Below, piece after piece: positions 27,677 through 37,630 of a stretch of 64,000 bases of DNA. Made by a program: the position numbers and the translations under genes. This DNA comes from Azonexus sp. (GTDB lineage Bacteria; Pseudomonadota; Gammaproteobacteria; Burkholderiales; Rhodocyclaceae). The notes beneath the pieces were generated by a model. That model worked only from the letters and a program-made list of their open reading frames with translations. It ran no database searches and was not told the origin of the DNA. The stretch is from assembly GCA_040275885.1 (NCBI GenBank), contig JBEOKN010000068.1, positions 3,263 through 67,262 of the forward strand. The letters run 5' to 3'. How positions within the stretch are numbered: the stretch's first letter is position 1; the number at the start of each line of letters is the position of its first letter.

Positions 27677-28803
27677 GCCGGATTGCAGCCTCTGGCAAAG
27701 CGCGCGAGCGCCTCGTCGAGGGTAGCGCGGGTGCAGCCGAAATTGAGGCGCAGCCAGCCGGGTGCACCGAAGTCCGCGCCGTCGGAAAGGCCGAGCCCGT
27801 GCGCTTCGAAATGAGCGGCCAGGTTGGCCAGGCCGAGTTCGCGGACGTCGATCCAGGCCAGATAGGTGGCCTCGACGTGGCTCATTTTTGCCCCTTTTTG
27901 GACGTTGACCGCGGCAGCCACCCGGTCGCGGTTGCCAACGAGATAAGCGATCAGTTCGCGGTGCCAGTCTCCGCAATCACGATAGGCGGCTTCGCAAGCG
28001 GCGAGACCGAGGATATTCACATGCGGCACGATGCCGTCCATGGCACGCAGGAAGCGGCGGCGCAGCACGGCATCGGGAATCACTGCGAAGGCGCAGCCGA
28101 GACCGGGGATGTTGCAGGTTTTCGACGGCGCCATCAGCGTGATGCTGCGCTTCGCGGCATCCGGCGACAGGCTGGCGAACGGGACATGGCGCTTGTCGGC
28201 GTCAAGGATCAGGCCGCAGTGGATTTCGTCGGAACAGACGACGAGGTCGTTTTCTTCGGCGAAGGCGGCGAGGTTACGCAGTTCGCCCTCGTTCCAGCAG
28301 CGGCCGACCGGGTTGTGCGGGTGGCAGAGGAGAAACAACCCCGTGGCCGCGGTTGTCGCACTGGCGAGGGCAGCCATGTCCCACTGCCAGCAGCCGTCGT
28401 CGCAGGCGAGGTCGACGCGGTTCAGCATCCGGCCGGAATAGCGGGGAGCGGACAGGAAAGGCGGGTAGATCGGTGTTGCGGTCAGCACCTCGCCATCGAC
28501 GGCCCGGCAGGCGACGTTGAGGCCGGTGACCAGCCCCGGCAGCCAGACGATCCATTCCGCCTCGATAGCCCAAGCGTATTCGCCTTCAAGGTGAGCGAGT
28601 ACTGACTCCGTGAGCGATGGCCAGGGATGCCCGTAACCGAAGACGCCATGCGCGATACGTTGCTGCAAGGCGGCGACGACGGCCGGCGGCGCCGCGAAAT
28701 CCATGTCCGCCACCCACAGCGGCAGGACATCGCGGCCGGCGTACCTGCCCCACTTGATCGAGTCGGAGCCACGCCGGTCGGGCGGCGTGTCGAAGATGCT
28801 CAC
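27673..28803 (-). CDS. PatB/MalY-family PLP C-S lyase (cystathionine beta-lyase)
   Basis: [53 protein letters not shown]. Confidence 0.92.
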   Translation of the reverse strand: MSIFDTPPDRRGSDSIKWGRYAGRDVLPLWVADMDFAAPPAVVAALQQRIAHGVFGYGHPWPSLTESVLAHLEGEYAWAIEAEWIVWLPGLVTGLNVACRAVDGEVLTATPIYPPFLSAPRYSGRMLNRVDLACDDGCWQWDMAALASATTAATGLFLLCHPHNPVGRCWNEGELRNLAAFAEENDLVVCSDEIHCGLILDADKRHVPFASLSPDAAKRSITLMAPSKTCNIPGLGCAFAVIPDAVLRRRFLRAMDGIVPHVNILGLAACEAAYRDCGDWHRELIAYLVGNRDRVAAAVNVQKGAKMSHVEATYLAWIDVRELGLANLAAHFEAHGLGLSDGADFGAPGWLRLNFGCTRATLDEALARFARGCNPA

Positions 28804-29732
28804 ACCTCGATGTGCTGATACAGCGCGGTGGACAGGTAGCGCTCGCCGAAGGACGGAATGACGACGACGATCAGTTTGCCGGCGTTCTCCGGGCGCTTGG
28901 CCAGTTCGAGCGCGGCCCAGGTCGCGGCGCCGGATGAAATGCCGACCAGCAGGCCCTCTTCGGTCGCCATGCGGCGGGCGATGGCGAAGGCGTCGTCGTT
29001 CGTGACCCTGATCACCTCGTCGTAGATCGAAGTGTTGAGCACAGCCGGGATGAAGCCAGCGCCAATGCCCTGGATCGGGTGCGGCCCCTTGGCGCCACCG
29101 GAGAGGACCGGCGAGGCATCGGGTTCGACGGCGACGATCCTGACCCCCGGCTTGCGTGCCTTCAGCACCTCGCCGACGCCGGTGATGGTGCCGCCGGTGC
29201 CGACGCCGGAAACGAAGATGTCGACCTGGCCATCGGTATCGCGCCAGACCTCCTCGGCCGTCGTGTTGCGGTGGACCTCCGGATTGGCCGGGTTTTCAAA
29301 CTGCTGCGGGATAACGTAGCGCGAGTCGGCCTCGGCCATTGTCCTGGCCTTGGCGATCGCCCCACCCATGCCGTCCGGGCCCGGTGTCAGGATCAGCTCG
29401 GCACCGTAGGCCTTGAGCAGCAGCTTGCGCTCGCGGCTCATCGTTTCCGGCATCGTGAAGGCGCACTTGATGCCGCGCGCGGCGCAGACCATGGCGAGGC
29501 CGATGCCGGTGTTGCCGGAAGTCGGTTCGAGGACGACGGTATCGGGGCCGATGCTGCCGGCAGCCTGCGCGGCGTCGAGCATCGCGACGGCAATCCGGTC
29601 CTTGACGCTATGGCCCGGATTGAAGAACTCCAGCTTGGCGACGACGGTTGCGCCGTAGCCGGCGGTAACGCGGTTGAGCTTGACCAGCGGCGTGTTGCCG
29701 ACCAACTCGGTGACGTCATTGGCGATTTTCAT
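28800..29732 (-). CDS. cysK: Cysteine synthase A
   Basis: [69 protein letters not shown]. Confidence 0.96.
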   Translation of the reverse strand: MKIANDVTELVGNTPLVKLNRVTAGYGATVVAKLEFFNPGHSVKDRIAVAMLDAAQAAGSIGPDTVVLEPTSGNTGIGLAMVCAARGIKCAFTMPETMSRERKLLLKAYGAELILTPGPDGMGGAIAKARTMAEADSRYVIPQQFENPANPEVHRNTTAEEVWRDTDGQVDIFVSGVGTGGTITGVGEVLKARKPGVRIVAVEPDASPVLSGGAKGPHPIQGIGAGFIPAVLNTSIYDEVIRVTNDDAFAIARRMATEEGLLVGISSGAATWAALELAKRPENAGKLIVVVIPSFGERYLSTALYQHIEV

Positions 29733-29985
29733 GCGCGAGCTCCTGAAAGAAATATCCTATTGTAGGCGACTCTGCCGCGCCTGCGGGCAGCCGGGCAATC
29801 GTCCGGCACCAGCCCGCAGGGCTGGTTCGTACCACTCCCGGTGGCATTACAGGCACAGCCTGAATGCCGGGCTTGGTTTTCACTGCGGTCAACGGTAAAA
29901 AGGGAGGCAAGAACGAATCGCGGCAATTTCGACCGCGACCAAGACCCACGCTGCAGGATTGCCAGCAAGCCGTGCCGGAGGGAAC

Positions 29986-31059
29986 ATGAACGACATCCAC
30001 AACCAAACGATTGCCCAGCGTATCGACTGGCTCTTCGATCTCGCCCGCCGCCATGGCGAAACCTTTCGCGGACCGGAGGCCTGGCTGGCACGCGAGCGCT
30101 ATCTCGCCGAGCACCCGACCGCCATCGGCGTCCTCAAGTGCATGGACGGCCGCATCAACATTCCCTTCGCCACCCATACCCCGACCGGCATCCTGATGCC
30201 CTTTCGCAACCTGGGCGGCATCTTCGACCTCGGCTGGCCGCACCTCGGCGAGGTGCTCGCCCACCATGTCCTACGCATGACCGGCACCGGGCGCCGCGTG
30301 CTGTTCCTCATTACCTACCACTGGTCGCGCGGCAATCCCCGGCGCGGATGCGCCGGCTTCAATTACGACACCGCCGCCGCCATGGCCCACACGGAGGAAA
30401 TCCGCCGCCAGATGGAGTACATCTTCGGCAGCGGCCACGGCACCGTCTACCCTCTGGTCTGCGGCTTCGAGACCGACGAGGAGGCTCTGGCCATCCACGG
30501 CAGCGACGGCACCGTCCTCGACCTCGCCAGCCTGACCACCGCCGACGTCGCCACGCTCGAACCCCGGCTCGCCGCCGTGCTCCCCGACATGCCGGCGCAG
30601 ATGCGTGCCGACCTGCTGCCCCTGCTGCGCGGCAATCTCGATCACATCGCGCAAGTCCGCGAACAGGCCGCACGGCACGAACGCCGGCTCGACATCGAGC
30701 ACCGCGAATGGGTGATCTGCGTCGGCCGCGGCTTCGACTTCCTGCACACCCCCAACCTCGCGCTGATCATCGGCCCCTACAGCCCCGATCTTGCCGATCC
30801 GCTGCGCAAGGCCGCCGGCATCATCCAGAGCAATATGGAAGCGGGGCGCATCCCGAACGACGGATTTCTCCTGCTCGCCTCGGTTCCCTACGACGAAATC
30901 GGCGTCGACCGGGCGCGCGCCGAAATGAAGTCGCGCTTCCTGTCGCGCTTCGCCGCCGGCGTCGTCAGCGAGGAATTCCCCGAACTCGCCGGCCGCATGA
31001 CCACCCGCACCGCCGTTCTCGACTGGCGCTCAAGGAATCTGGAGTTGATCGGCGCCTGA
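29986..31059 (+). CDS. CsoSCA-like beta-class carbonic anhydrase homolog (putative)
   Basis: C52-x-D-x-R (CMDGR) and H112-x9-C122 (YHWSRGNPRRGCAG) zinc-ligand pattern; FRNLGG. Start trimmed to MNDIH. Confidence 0.65.
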   Translation: MNDIHNQTIAQRIDWLFDLARRHGETFRGPEAWLARERYLAEHPTAIGVLKCMDGRINIPFATHTPTGILMPFRNLGGIFDLGWPHLGEVLAHHVLRMTGTGRRVLFLITYHWSRGNPRRGCAGFNYDTAAAMAHTEEIRRQMEYIFGSGHGTVYPLVCGFETDEEALAIHGSDGTVLDLASLTTADVATLEPRLAAVLPDMPAQMRADLLPLLRGNLDHIAQVREQAARHERRLDIEHREWVICVGRGFDFLHTPNLALIIGPYSPDLADPLRKAAGIIQSNMEAGRIPNDGFLLLASVPYDEIGVDRARAEMKSRFLSRFAAGVVSEEFPELAGRMTTRTAVLDWRSRNLELIGA

Positions 31060-31115
31060 GCGTTCCGGATTAAAGGACAGCGCCCGGTGGAGCATTCCGC
31101 CGTCAGGATCGCTGA

Positions 31116-32648
31116 CTAGCCGAGGAAGAGCTTGTACGCCGGATTCTTGCTCTCGTCCCAGTGGGCGTAGCCCAGGTTCTTGAGGAATTCGCGGAACTGC
31201 CCCATTTCGCCGGGCGGCACCTGCATTCCGACCAGCACGCGGCCGTAGTCGGCGCCGTGGTTGCGGTAGTGGAACAGGCTGATGTTCCAGTCAGCGCTCA
31301 TCTGCGTCAGGAAATTCATCAGCGCGCCCGGACGCTCGGGGAATTCGAAGCGGTAGAGCAGTTCGCTCATGCCCTTTTCGCAGACCTGCGGCGCATGGCC
31401 GCCAACCATGTGGCGAACGTGGTTCTTCGCCATTTCGTCGTCGGTCAGGTCGAGGGTCGGATAGCCGTGCTTCTGCAGGGTCTTGACCAACTTGAGCGAT
31501 TCCTGGCGGTCGACGGTCTGAATACCGACAAACACGTGCGCCTCTTTCGCCGTGTGGTAGCGATAGTTGAACTCGGTGACGTTGCGCTGGCCGATCAGGC
31601 CGAGGAATTTCTTGTAGGCGCCAGGCTTCTCGGGCAGGGTCACCGCCAGCACGGCTTCGCGTCGCTCGCCGACTTCGGCGCGCTCGGCGACGAAGCGCAG
31701 GCGGTCGAAGTTCATGTTGGCGCCCGAGGCGATGGCGACCAGATTCCTGTCCTTGAGCCGGTGCTGGCGGGCGTATTCCTTGGCGCCAGCGACGGCGAGC
31801 GCACCGGCCGGCTCGAGGATCGAGCGCGTGTCCTCGAAGACATCCTTGATCGCCGCGCAGATGGCATCGGTGTCGACCTGCAACATTTCATCGACGTATT
31901 CCCGGCACAGCCGGAAGGTTTCCTCGCCGACGATCTTGACCGCAGCGCCGTCGGCGAACAGCCCGACCTGGTTGAGGCGCACGCGATGCCCCTTGGCCAG
32001 CGACTGGCTCATCGCATCTGCATCCTTCGCCTCGACGCCGATGATCCTGATTTCCGGGCGCAACCGCTTGACGTAAGCGGCAATGCCGGAGATCAGCCCG
32101 CCGCCACCGACGCAGCAGAAAATGGCGTGGATCGGCCCATTGTGGCGCGAATGCTGGCGCAGGATTTCCATGCCGATGGTGCCCTGGCCGGCGATCACTT
32201 CCGGATCGTCGAAGGGATGGACGAAGGTCAGCTTCTCGGATTTTTCCAGCACCAGCGCGTGGGCATAGGAGTCGTCGTAGGAATCGCCGAACAGGACGAC
32301 CTCGCCGCCTCGCCGTCTGACCGCCTCGACCTTGATGCCGGGCGTCGACGTCGGCATGACGATCACCGCCCGGCAGCCGACCTTGGCCGCCGACAGCGCG
32401 ACGCCCTGGGCGTGGTTGCCGGCCGAGGCGCAGATGACGCCGCGCTTCAGCTTCTCCGGCGAGAGACTGGCGATCTTGTTGTAGGCACCACGCAGCTTGA
32501 ACGAGAACACCGGCTGCAAATCTTCGCGCTTGAGCAGGATCCGGTTACCGACCCGCGCCGACAGGTTGCCGGCCAGGTCAAGCGGCGTTTCGCTGGCGAC
32601 GTCGTAAACCTGTGCGTTAAGAACTTTTTCGAGATAATCCGGGTGCAT
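31116..32648 (-). CDS. ilvA: Biosynthetic threonine ammonia-lyase
   Basis: LKREDLQPVFSFKLRGAYNK, ASAGNHAQG, VGGGGL, SGANMNF, two C-terminal ACT-like domains (FEFPERPGAL, FHYRNHG). Confidence 0.96.
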   Translation of the reverse strand: MHPDYLEKVLNAQVYDVASETPLDLAGNLSARVGNRILLKREDLQPVFSFKLRGAYNKIASLSPEKLKRGVICASAGNHAQGVALSAAKVGCRAVIVMPTSTPGIKVEAVRRRGGEVVLFGDSYDDSYAHALVLEKSEKLTFVHPFDDPEVIAGQGTIGMEILRQHSRHNGPIHAIFCCVGGGGLISGIAAYVKRLRPEIRIIGVEAKDADAMSQSLAKGHRVRLNQVGLFADGAAVKIVGEETFRLCREYVDEMLQVDTDAICAAIKDVFEDTRSILEPAGALAVAGAKEYARQHRLKDRNLVAIASGANMNFDRLRFVAERAEVGERREAVLAVTLPEKPGAYKKFLGLIGQRNVTEFNYRYHTAKEAHVFVGIQTVDRQESLKLVKTLQKHGYPTLDLTDDEMAKNHVRHMVGGHAPQVCEKGMSELLYRFEFPERPGALMNFLTQMSADWNISLFHYRNHGADYGRVLVGMQVPPGEMGQFREFLKNLGYAHWDESKNPAYKLFLG

Positions 32649-32684
32649 GGCGCAACTCATCAAGGCAAAAGGGGGATTCTACGG

Positions 32685-33110
32685 GTGGAGTGGCTAAACG
32701 TCACGGCGGAAGCGGGGCTTGGCGGTCTGTTTTTGGCCAGTTTTCTGGCGTCGACCGTGCTGCCCGTCAGTTCCGAGCCCCTGCTCTGGGGTTTCCTGCA
32801 ACTGCATCCCGGCGAACTGTGGCCCGCTCTGGCGCTGGCGACGGTCGGCAACACAGCCGGCGGCATGACCTCGTGGTGGTGCGGTCGTTATCTGCCCCGC
32901 TGGCAGAAGCTCGCCACCCTGCCCCACAAGGGAACCCTGGAACGCTGGGGCAGCCCCGCCCTGCTCCTCTCCTGGCTACCGCTGATCGGCGACGCGCTGT
33001 GCCTCGGCGCCGGCTGGCTCCGGCTGCACTGGCTGCCGTGCTGCCTGTTCATGGCAGCGGGAAAATTCGCGCGCTACTGGCTGGTCGGCCAGACCGCCCT
33101 GATCAACTGA
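32685..33110 (+). CDS. YqaA family (DedA/SNARE-associated) membrane protein
   Basis: LFLASFLASTVLPVSSE, ATVGNTAGGMTSWW, LLSWLPLIGDALCLGAGWLR, GKFARY; GTG start at 32685. Confidence 0.88.
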   Translation: MEWLNVTAEAGLGGLFLASFLASTVLPVSSEPLLWGFLQLHPGELWPALALATVGNTAGGMTSWWCGRYLPRWQKLATLPHKGTLERWGSPALLLSWLPLIGDALCLGAGWLRLHWLPCCLFMAAGKFARYWLVGQTALIN

Positions 33111-33199
33111 ACGTTGCACCGGCTCTGCTGGTCTACCCTGACGGCATGTTGCGCTGCAATACGCTAGAATTTACCCTTTGATGGATCCTGGCTACACCG

Positions 33200-36100
33200 A
33201 TGACTGCCCGCCTGCGCGAAATCCCGTACAACTATACGTCGTTCTCCGACCGCGAGATCGTCGTCCGCCTGCTCGGCGCCGAGAACTGGGCGGTGCTCGA
33301 CGAACTGCGCAGCGAGCGCGTCACCGGTCGCTCGGCGCGCATGCTTTACGAGGTGCTCGGCGACATTTGGGTGGTGCAGCGCAACCCCTATCTGGAAGAT
33401 GACCTGCTCGATAACCGTGATCGGCGTGACGCGCTGGTCAGCGCGCTGCGCCATCGTCTGAGCGAAGTCGAGAAGCGCCGCCAGGCGACTGCAGACGAGG
33501 ATCGCGAGCGCTCGGCCAAGGTCAAGCGCCTGGTCGATGCGGCGCAGGTAGCAGTGAACCGCTTTTCCGAGCACTTCGGAACGACGATCGACTTGCGACG
33601 CAAGGTGCTGAAAATCCTCGGCAAGCACACGCGCAAGGACAACATCGCCTTCGACGGACTGGCGCGGGTTTCGCACGTCACCGACGCCACCGACTGGCGC
33701 GTCGAATATCCCTTCGTTGTCCTCAACCCGGACACCGAGGAAGAAATCGCCTACCTGGTACGTGGCTGCATCGAAGCCGGCCTGACGATCATCCCGCGTG
33801 GTGGCGGCACCGGCTACACCGGCGGCGCGGTACCGCTGACGCCCTACTCGGCGGTGATCAATACCGAGAAGCTGATCGGCATCGGGCCGGTGGAAGACAC
33901 GGTGCTGGCCGGTCATGAAACGCCCTACTCCACCATCCGCACCGGCGCCGGTGTCGTCACCGAGCGCGTCTCGGAAGCCGCCGCGTTGGCTGGCCGCGTC
34001 TTCGCGGTCGACCCGACTTCGGCCAGCGCCTCGTGCATCGGCGGCAACATCGCAATGAACGCCGGCGGCAAGAAGGCCGTGCTGTGGGGCACCGCACTCG
34101 ACAATCTGGCCTGGTGGAAGATGGTCGATCCGGACGGCAACTGGCTTGAAGTTGAACGCGTCAATCACAACTGCGGCAAGATTCACGAGCAGGAAGAGGT
34201 CGAATTTCACCTCAAGCGCTTCGACCCGAGTGGCCGCAAGCTGCTCGGCGAGGAAGTGCTCACCATGCGGGGCGCATCGTGCCGCAAGACCGGCCTGGGT
34301 AAGGATGTCACCGACAAGTTTCTCGGCGGCTTGCCGGGCGTTCAGAAGGAAGGCACCGACGGTATCATCGTCGCGGCGCGCTGGGTGTTGCACAAGATGC
34401 CGCCGGTGGCGCGCACCGTCTGTCTCGAATTCTTCGGCCAGGTGCGCGAAGCCGTGCCGGCCATCGTCGAGATCACTGATTATTTCAAGCCCGGCGGCGC
34501 CGGGCATGCCGCCGACGTCCAACTTGCCGGCCTCGAGCACCTCGACGAACGCTATGTGAAGGCCGTCGGCTACGCGACCAAGGCCAAGCGCCACGGCCGG
34601 CCGAAGATGGTGCTGATCGGCGATCTCGTCGGCCACGACGAGAATGCGGTGATGGCGGCCGCCTCGGCAGTAGTGCGCATGTGCAATCTGCGCGCCGCCG
34701 AGGGCTTCATCGCGGTCGACGCCGAAACGCGCAAGAAATTCTGGCTCGACCGTTCGCGCACTGCCGCCATTTCGCGCCACACCAACGCCTTCAAGGTCAA
34801 TGAGGACGTGGTGATTCCTTTGCCGCGCATGGGCGATTACTGCGACGGCATCGAGCGCATCAACATCGAGTTGTCCACCGGGAACAAACTGGCGCTGTGC
34901 GATACCTTGAGCCAGTTCCTCAAGGGCGACCTGCCGCTGCATCGCGGCGATACCACTCTCGATACTGACCTGCTGATCGGTGACCGCCGTCAGGCAGCGC
35001 TCGACTCTGTCGCAGCGGTGCGCAGGCGCTGGGAATGGCTGCTCGGCAACCTCGATCTGCCGCTGGCCGAAGCCGAGTCGCATTTCGCAACGTATGGCGT
35101 GCGGGCTGGCGAACTGACCAACCGCGCCGAGCATCCTCGGCTGTTCCATCGTCTGCAGGATTATTCGGTGCGCGTTTCGTGGAAGCAGGAATTGCACGCC
35201 CGACTGAGCAAGATTTTCGACGGCGGCGTCTATCGCCCAATCGTCGAGCGCATCGAGGCCATCCACAAGGAAGTGCTGCGCGGCCGCGTCTTCGTGGCGC
35301 TGCACATGCACGCCGGCGACGGCAACGTGCACACCAACATCCCGGTCAATTCCGACAATTACGAGATGCTGCAGACCGCCCACCATGCGGTCGAGCGGAT
35401 CATGCACCTCGCCCGTTCGCTTGACGGGGTCATTTCCGGCGAGCACGGCATCGGCATCACCAAGCTGGAATTCCTCACCGAGGAAGAAATCGGCCCCTTC
35501 CGGGCCTACAAGCAGAAGGTCGACCCGAACGGCCGCTTCAACAAGGGCAAGCTGATGCCCGGTGGCGGCATGGGCAACGCCTACACCCCTTCATTCAGCC
35601 TGCTGGGCACCGAATCGCTGATCATGGAGCAGTCCGAGATCGGAAAGATTTCCGACATGATCAAGGACTGCCTGCGTTGCGGCAAGTGCAAGCCGGTGTG
35701 CTCGACACACGTGCCGCGCGCCAACCTGCTCTACTCCCCGCGCAACAAGATTCTCGCGACTTCGCTCCTGGTCGAGGCCTTCCTGTACGAAGAGCAGACC
35801 CGGCGCGGCATTTCTCTGAAGCACTTCGACGAATTCAACGATGTCGCGGACCACTGCACGGTCTGTCACCGATGCCTGAAGCCCTGCCCGGTCGACATCG
35901 ATTTCGGTGATGTTTCGGTCGCCATGCGCAATTTCCTCAGGAAGCAGGACAAGAAGCGTTTCAGCCCCGGCACGGCGACGGCGATGGCTTTCCTGACCAT
36001 CAAGGACCCGGCGACGATCAAGCTGATGCGCGCCGTGATGATGGACTTCGGCTTCAAGGCGCAGCGCCTCGCCCACAAGTTGGCCAGGACCATCGGCCTG

Positions 36101-37075
36101 ATTCGCGACACCCGCGCGCACCCGCCGGCGACGCTCGGCGCGCCGACGATCAAGACGCAGGTCATCCACTTCCTCAACCGCCCGATGCCCGGCAACCTGC
36201 CGAAACGTACCGCGCGCGCCCTACTGGATATTGAGGACGACAAGGTCATTCCGGTGATCCGCGATCCGCAGAAAGCGAACGAAGATTCCGATGCCGTTTT
36301 CTACTTCCCCGGCTGCGGTTCGGAGCGCCTGTTCTCGCAGGTCGGCCTCGCTACCCAAGCCATGCTCTACGAGATCGGCACGACCACGGTGCTGCCGCCG
36401 GGCTACCTGTGCTGCGGCTATCCGCAGACTGCCGCCGGCGAGGAAGACAAGGGTCAGAAGATCACGACCGACAACCGCGTGCTCTTCCACCGCGTCGCCA
36501 ACACGCTGAATTACCTCGACATCAAGACGGTGATCGTCTCCTGCGGCACCTGCATGGATCAGTTGCTGAAATACCAGTTCGACAAGATCTTCCCCGGCTG
36601 CCGGCTACTCGACATTCATGAATATCTGATGGAGAAAGGCGTCAAGCTGGAAGGTATCGCGGGCACCCGCTACATGTACCATGACCCGTGCCACACGCCG
36701 ATGAAGGCCTACGCACCCCTCCAGGTGACCAGCACCCTGATGGGCCAGAAGGTGCCGCTGACCGACCGCTGTTGCGGCGATGCCGGCTCTTTCGCCTATT
36801 CGCGCCCGGATGTTGCGACCCAGGTGAAATTCCGCAAGCAGGAAGAAATCGAGATGGGCGCAGCCAGCCTGCGCGCCGATGGTTTCACCGGCAAGGTCAA
36901 GATACTGACCTCGTGCCCGGCCTGCCTGCAGGGCCTCTCGCGTTTCGATGACGATGCCGATACCCGGGCCGATTACATCGTCGTCGAGGTGGCGAAGCAT
37001 CTGCTTGGGGAAAACTGGGCTGCCGAGTACGTCGACCGCGCCAACAACGGCGGCATCGAGCGCGTATTGCTCTGA
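33200..37075 (+). CDS. DUF3683-FAD-linked oxidase-4Fe-4S-CCG multidomain oxidoreductase (GlcD/GlcF-like fusion)
   Basis: [76 protein letters not shown] motifs. Confidence 0.9.
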   Translation: MTARLREIPYNYTSFSDREIVVRLLGAENWAVLDELRSERVTGRSARMLYEVLGDIWVVQRNPYLEDDLLDNRDRRDALVSALRHRLSEVEKRRQATADEDRERSAKVKRLVDAAQVAVNRFSEHFGTTIDLRRKVLKILGKHTRKDNIAFDGLARVSHVTDATDWRVEYPFVVLNPDTEEEIAYLVRGCIEAGLTIIPRGGGTGYTGGAVPLTPYSAVINTEKLIGIGPVEDTVLAGHETPYSTIRTGAGVVTERVSEAAALAGRVFAVDPTSASASCIGGNIAMNAGGKKAVLWGTALDNLAWWKMVDPDGNWLEVERVNHNCGKIHEQEEVEFHLKRFDPSGRKLLGEEVLTMRGASCRKTGLGKDVTDKFLGGLPGVQKEGTDGIIVAARWVLHKMPPVARTVCLEFFGQVREAVPAIVEITDYFKPGGAGHAADVQLAGLEHLDERYVKAVGYATKAKRHGRPKMVLIGDLVGHDENAVMAAASAVVRMCNLRAAEGFIAVDAETRKKFWLDRSRTAAISRHTNAFKVNEDVVIPLPRMGDYCDGIERINIELSTGNKLALCDTLSQFLKGDLPLHRGDTTLDTDLLIGDRRQAALDSVAAVRRRWEWLLGNLDLPLAEAESHFATYGVRAGELTNRAEHPRLFHRLQDYSVRVSWKQELHARLSKIFDGGVYRPIVERIEAIHKEVLRGRVFVALHMHAGDGNVHTNIPVNSDNYEMLQTAHHAVERIMHLARSLDGVISGEHGIGITKLEFLTEEEIGPFRAYKQKVDPNGRFNKGKLMPGGGMGNAYTPSFSLLGTESLIMEQSEIGKISDMIKDCLRCGKCKPVCSTHVPRANLLYSPRNKILATSLLVEAFLYEEQTRRGISLKHFDEFNDVADHCTVCHRCLKPCPVDIDFGDVSVAMRNFLRKQDKKRFSPGTATAMAFLTIKDPATIKLMRAVMMDFGFKAQRLAHKLARTIGLIRDTRAHPPATLGAPTIKTQVIHFLNRPMPGNLPKRTARALLDIEDDKVIPVIRDPQKANEDSDAVFYFPGCGSERLFSQVGLATQAMLYEIGTTTVLPPGYLCCGYPQTAAGEEDKGQKITTDNRVLFHRVANTLNYLDIKTVIVSCGTCMDQLLKYQFDKIFPGCRLLDIHEYLMEKGVKLEGIAGTRYMYHDPCHTPMKAYAPLQVTSTLMGQKVPLTDRCCGDAGSFAYSRPDVATQVKFRKQEEIEMGAASLRADGFTGKVKILTSCPACLQGLSRFDDDADTRADYIVVEVAKHLLGENWAAEYVDRANNGGIERVLL

Positions 37076-37190
37076 TTTTCGGTCATTTGTCAGGGTCGAC
37101 CGCAACTGCATGGTGTGCAGCGAAGGAATGACTTGCAGTATTTTTTTGCAGGTGCAATCCTTACGATATTGCGACATTCTGGGTGCTGGG

Positions 37191-37625
37191 ATGACCGGCA
37201 GGATCTGCGAATTGTGCACCACGGCGGGTGGGACGGTCCTCTGGGCATCCCCGACCTGTCGCGTCGTGCTTGTCGACGACCCCGGCTACCCCGGCTTTTG
37301 CCGGGTTGTCTGGACCGCCCATGTGCGCGAGATGTCCGATCTCGAACCGGCCCAGCGCCAGTCGCTGATGAACGTGGTTTTCGCCGTCGAGACTGTCGTG
37401 CGTTCCCTGTTCACTCCCGACAAGATGAATCTCGCCAGCCTCGGCAACCTGACGCCACATCTGCATTGGCACGTCATCCCGCGCTGGCATGATGATCGCC
37501 ATTTCCCGGAACCGATCTGGGGTAACGTCCAGCGTGATGCTCCTCGGCCCCACCCTGCCGTAAGCGCAGACGCCCTGCGCCAGGCACTGGGCAAGCAACT
37601 TCATCCTGACGAACATCAAGGCTGA
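37191..37625 (+). CDS. HIT family hydrolase
   Basis: CELC near the N-terminus, PDKMNLASLGNLTPHLHWHVIPR histidine triad. Confidence 0.92.
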   Translation: MTGRICELCTTAGGTVLWASPTCRVVLVDDPGYPGFCRVVWTAHVREMSDLEPAQRQSLMNVVFAVETVVRSLFTPDKMNLASLGNLTPHLHWHVIPRWHDDRHFPEPIWGNVQRDAPRPHPAVSADALRQALGKQLHPDEHQG

Positions 37626-37630
37626 AAATA

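Noticed and set aside
37141-37147. T7 tract upstream of HIT as a phase-variation or terminator signal
   Set aside because: Too short for slippage in this context, and no GC stem directly precedes it.
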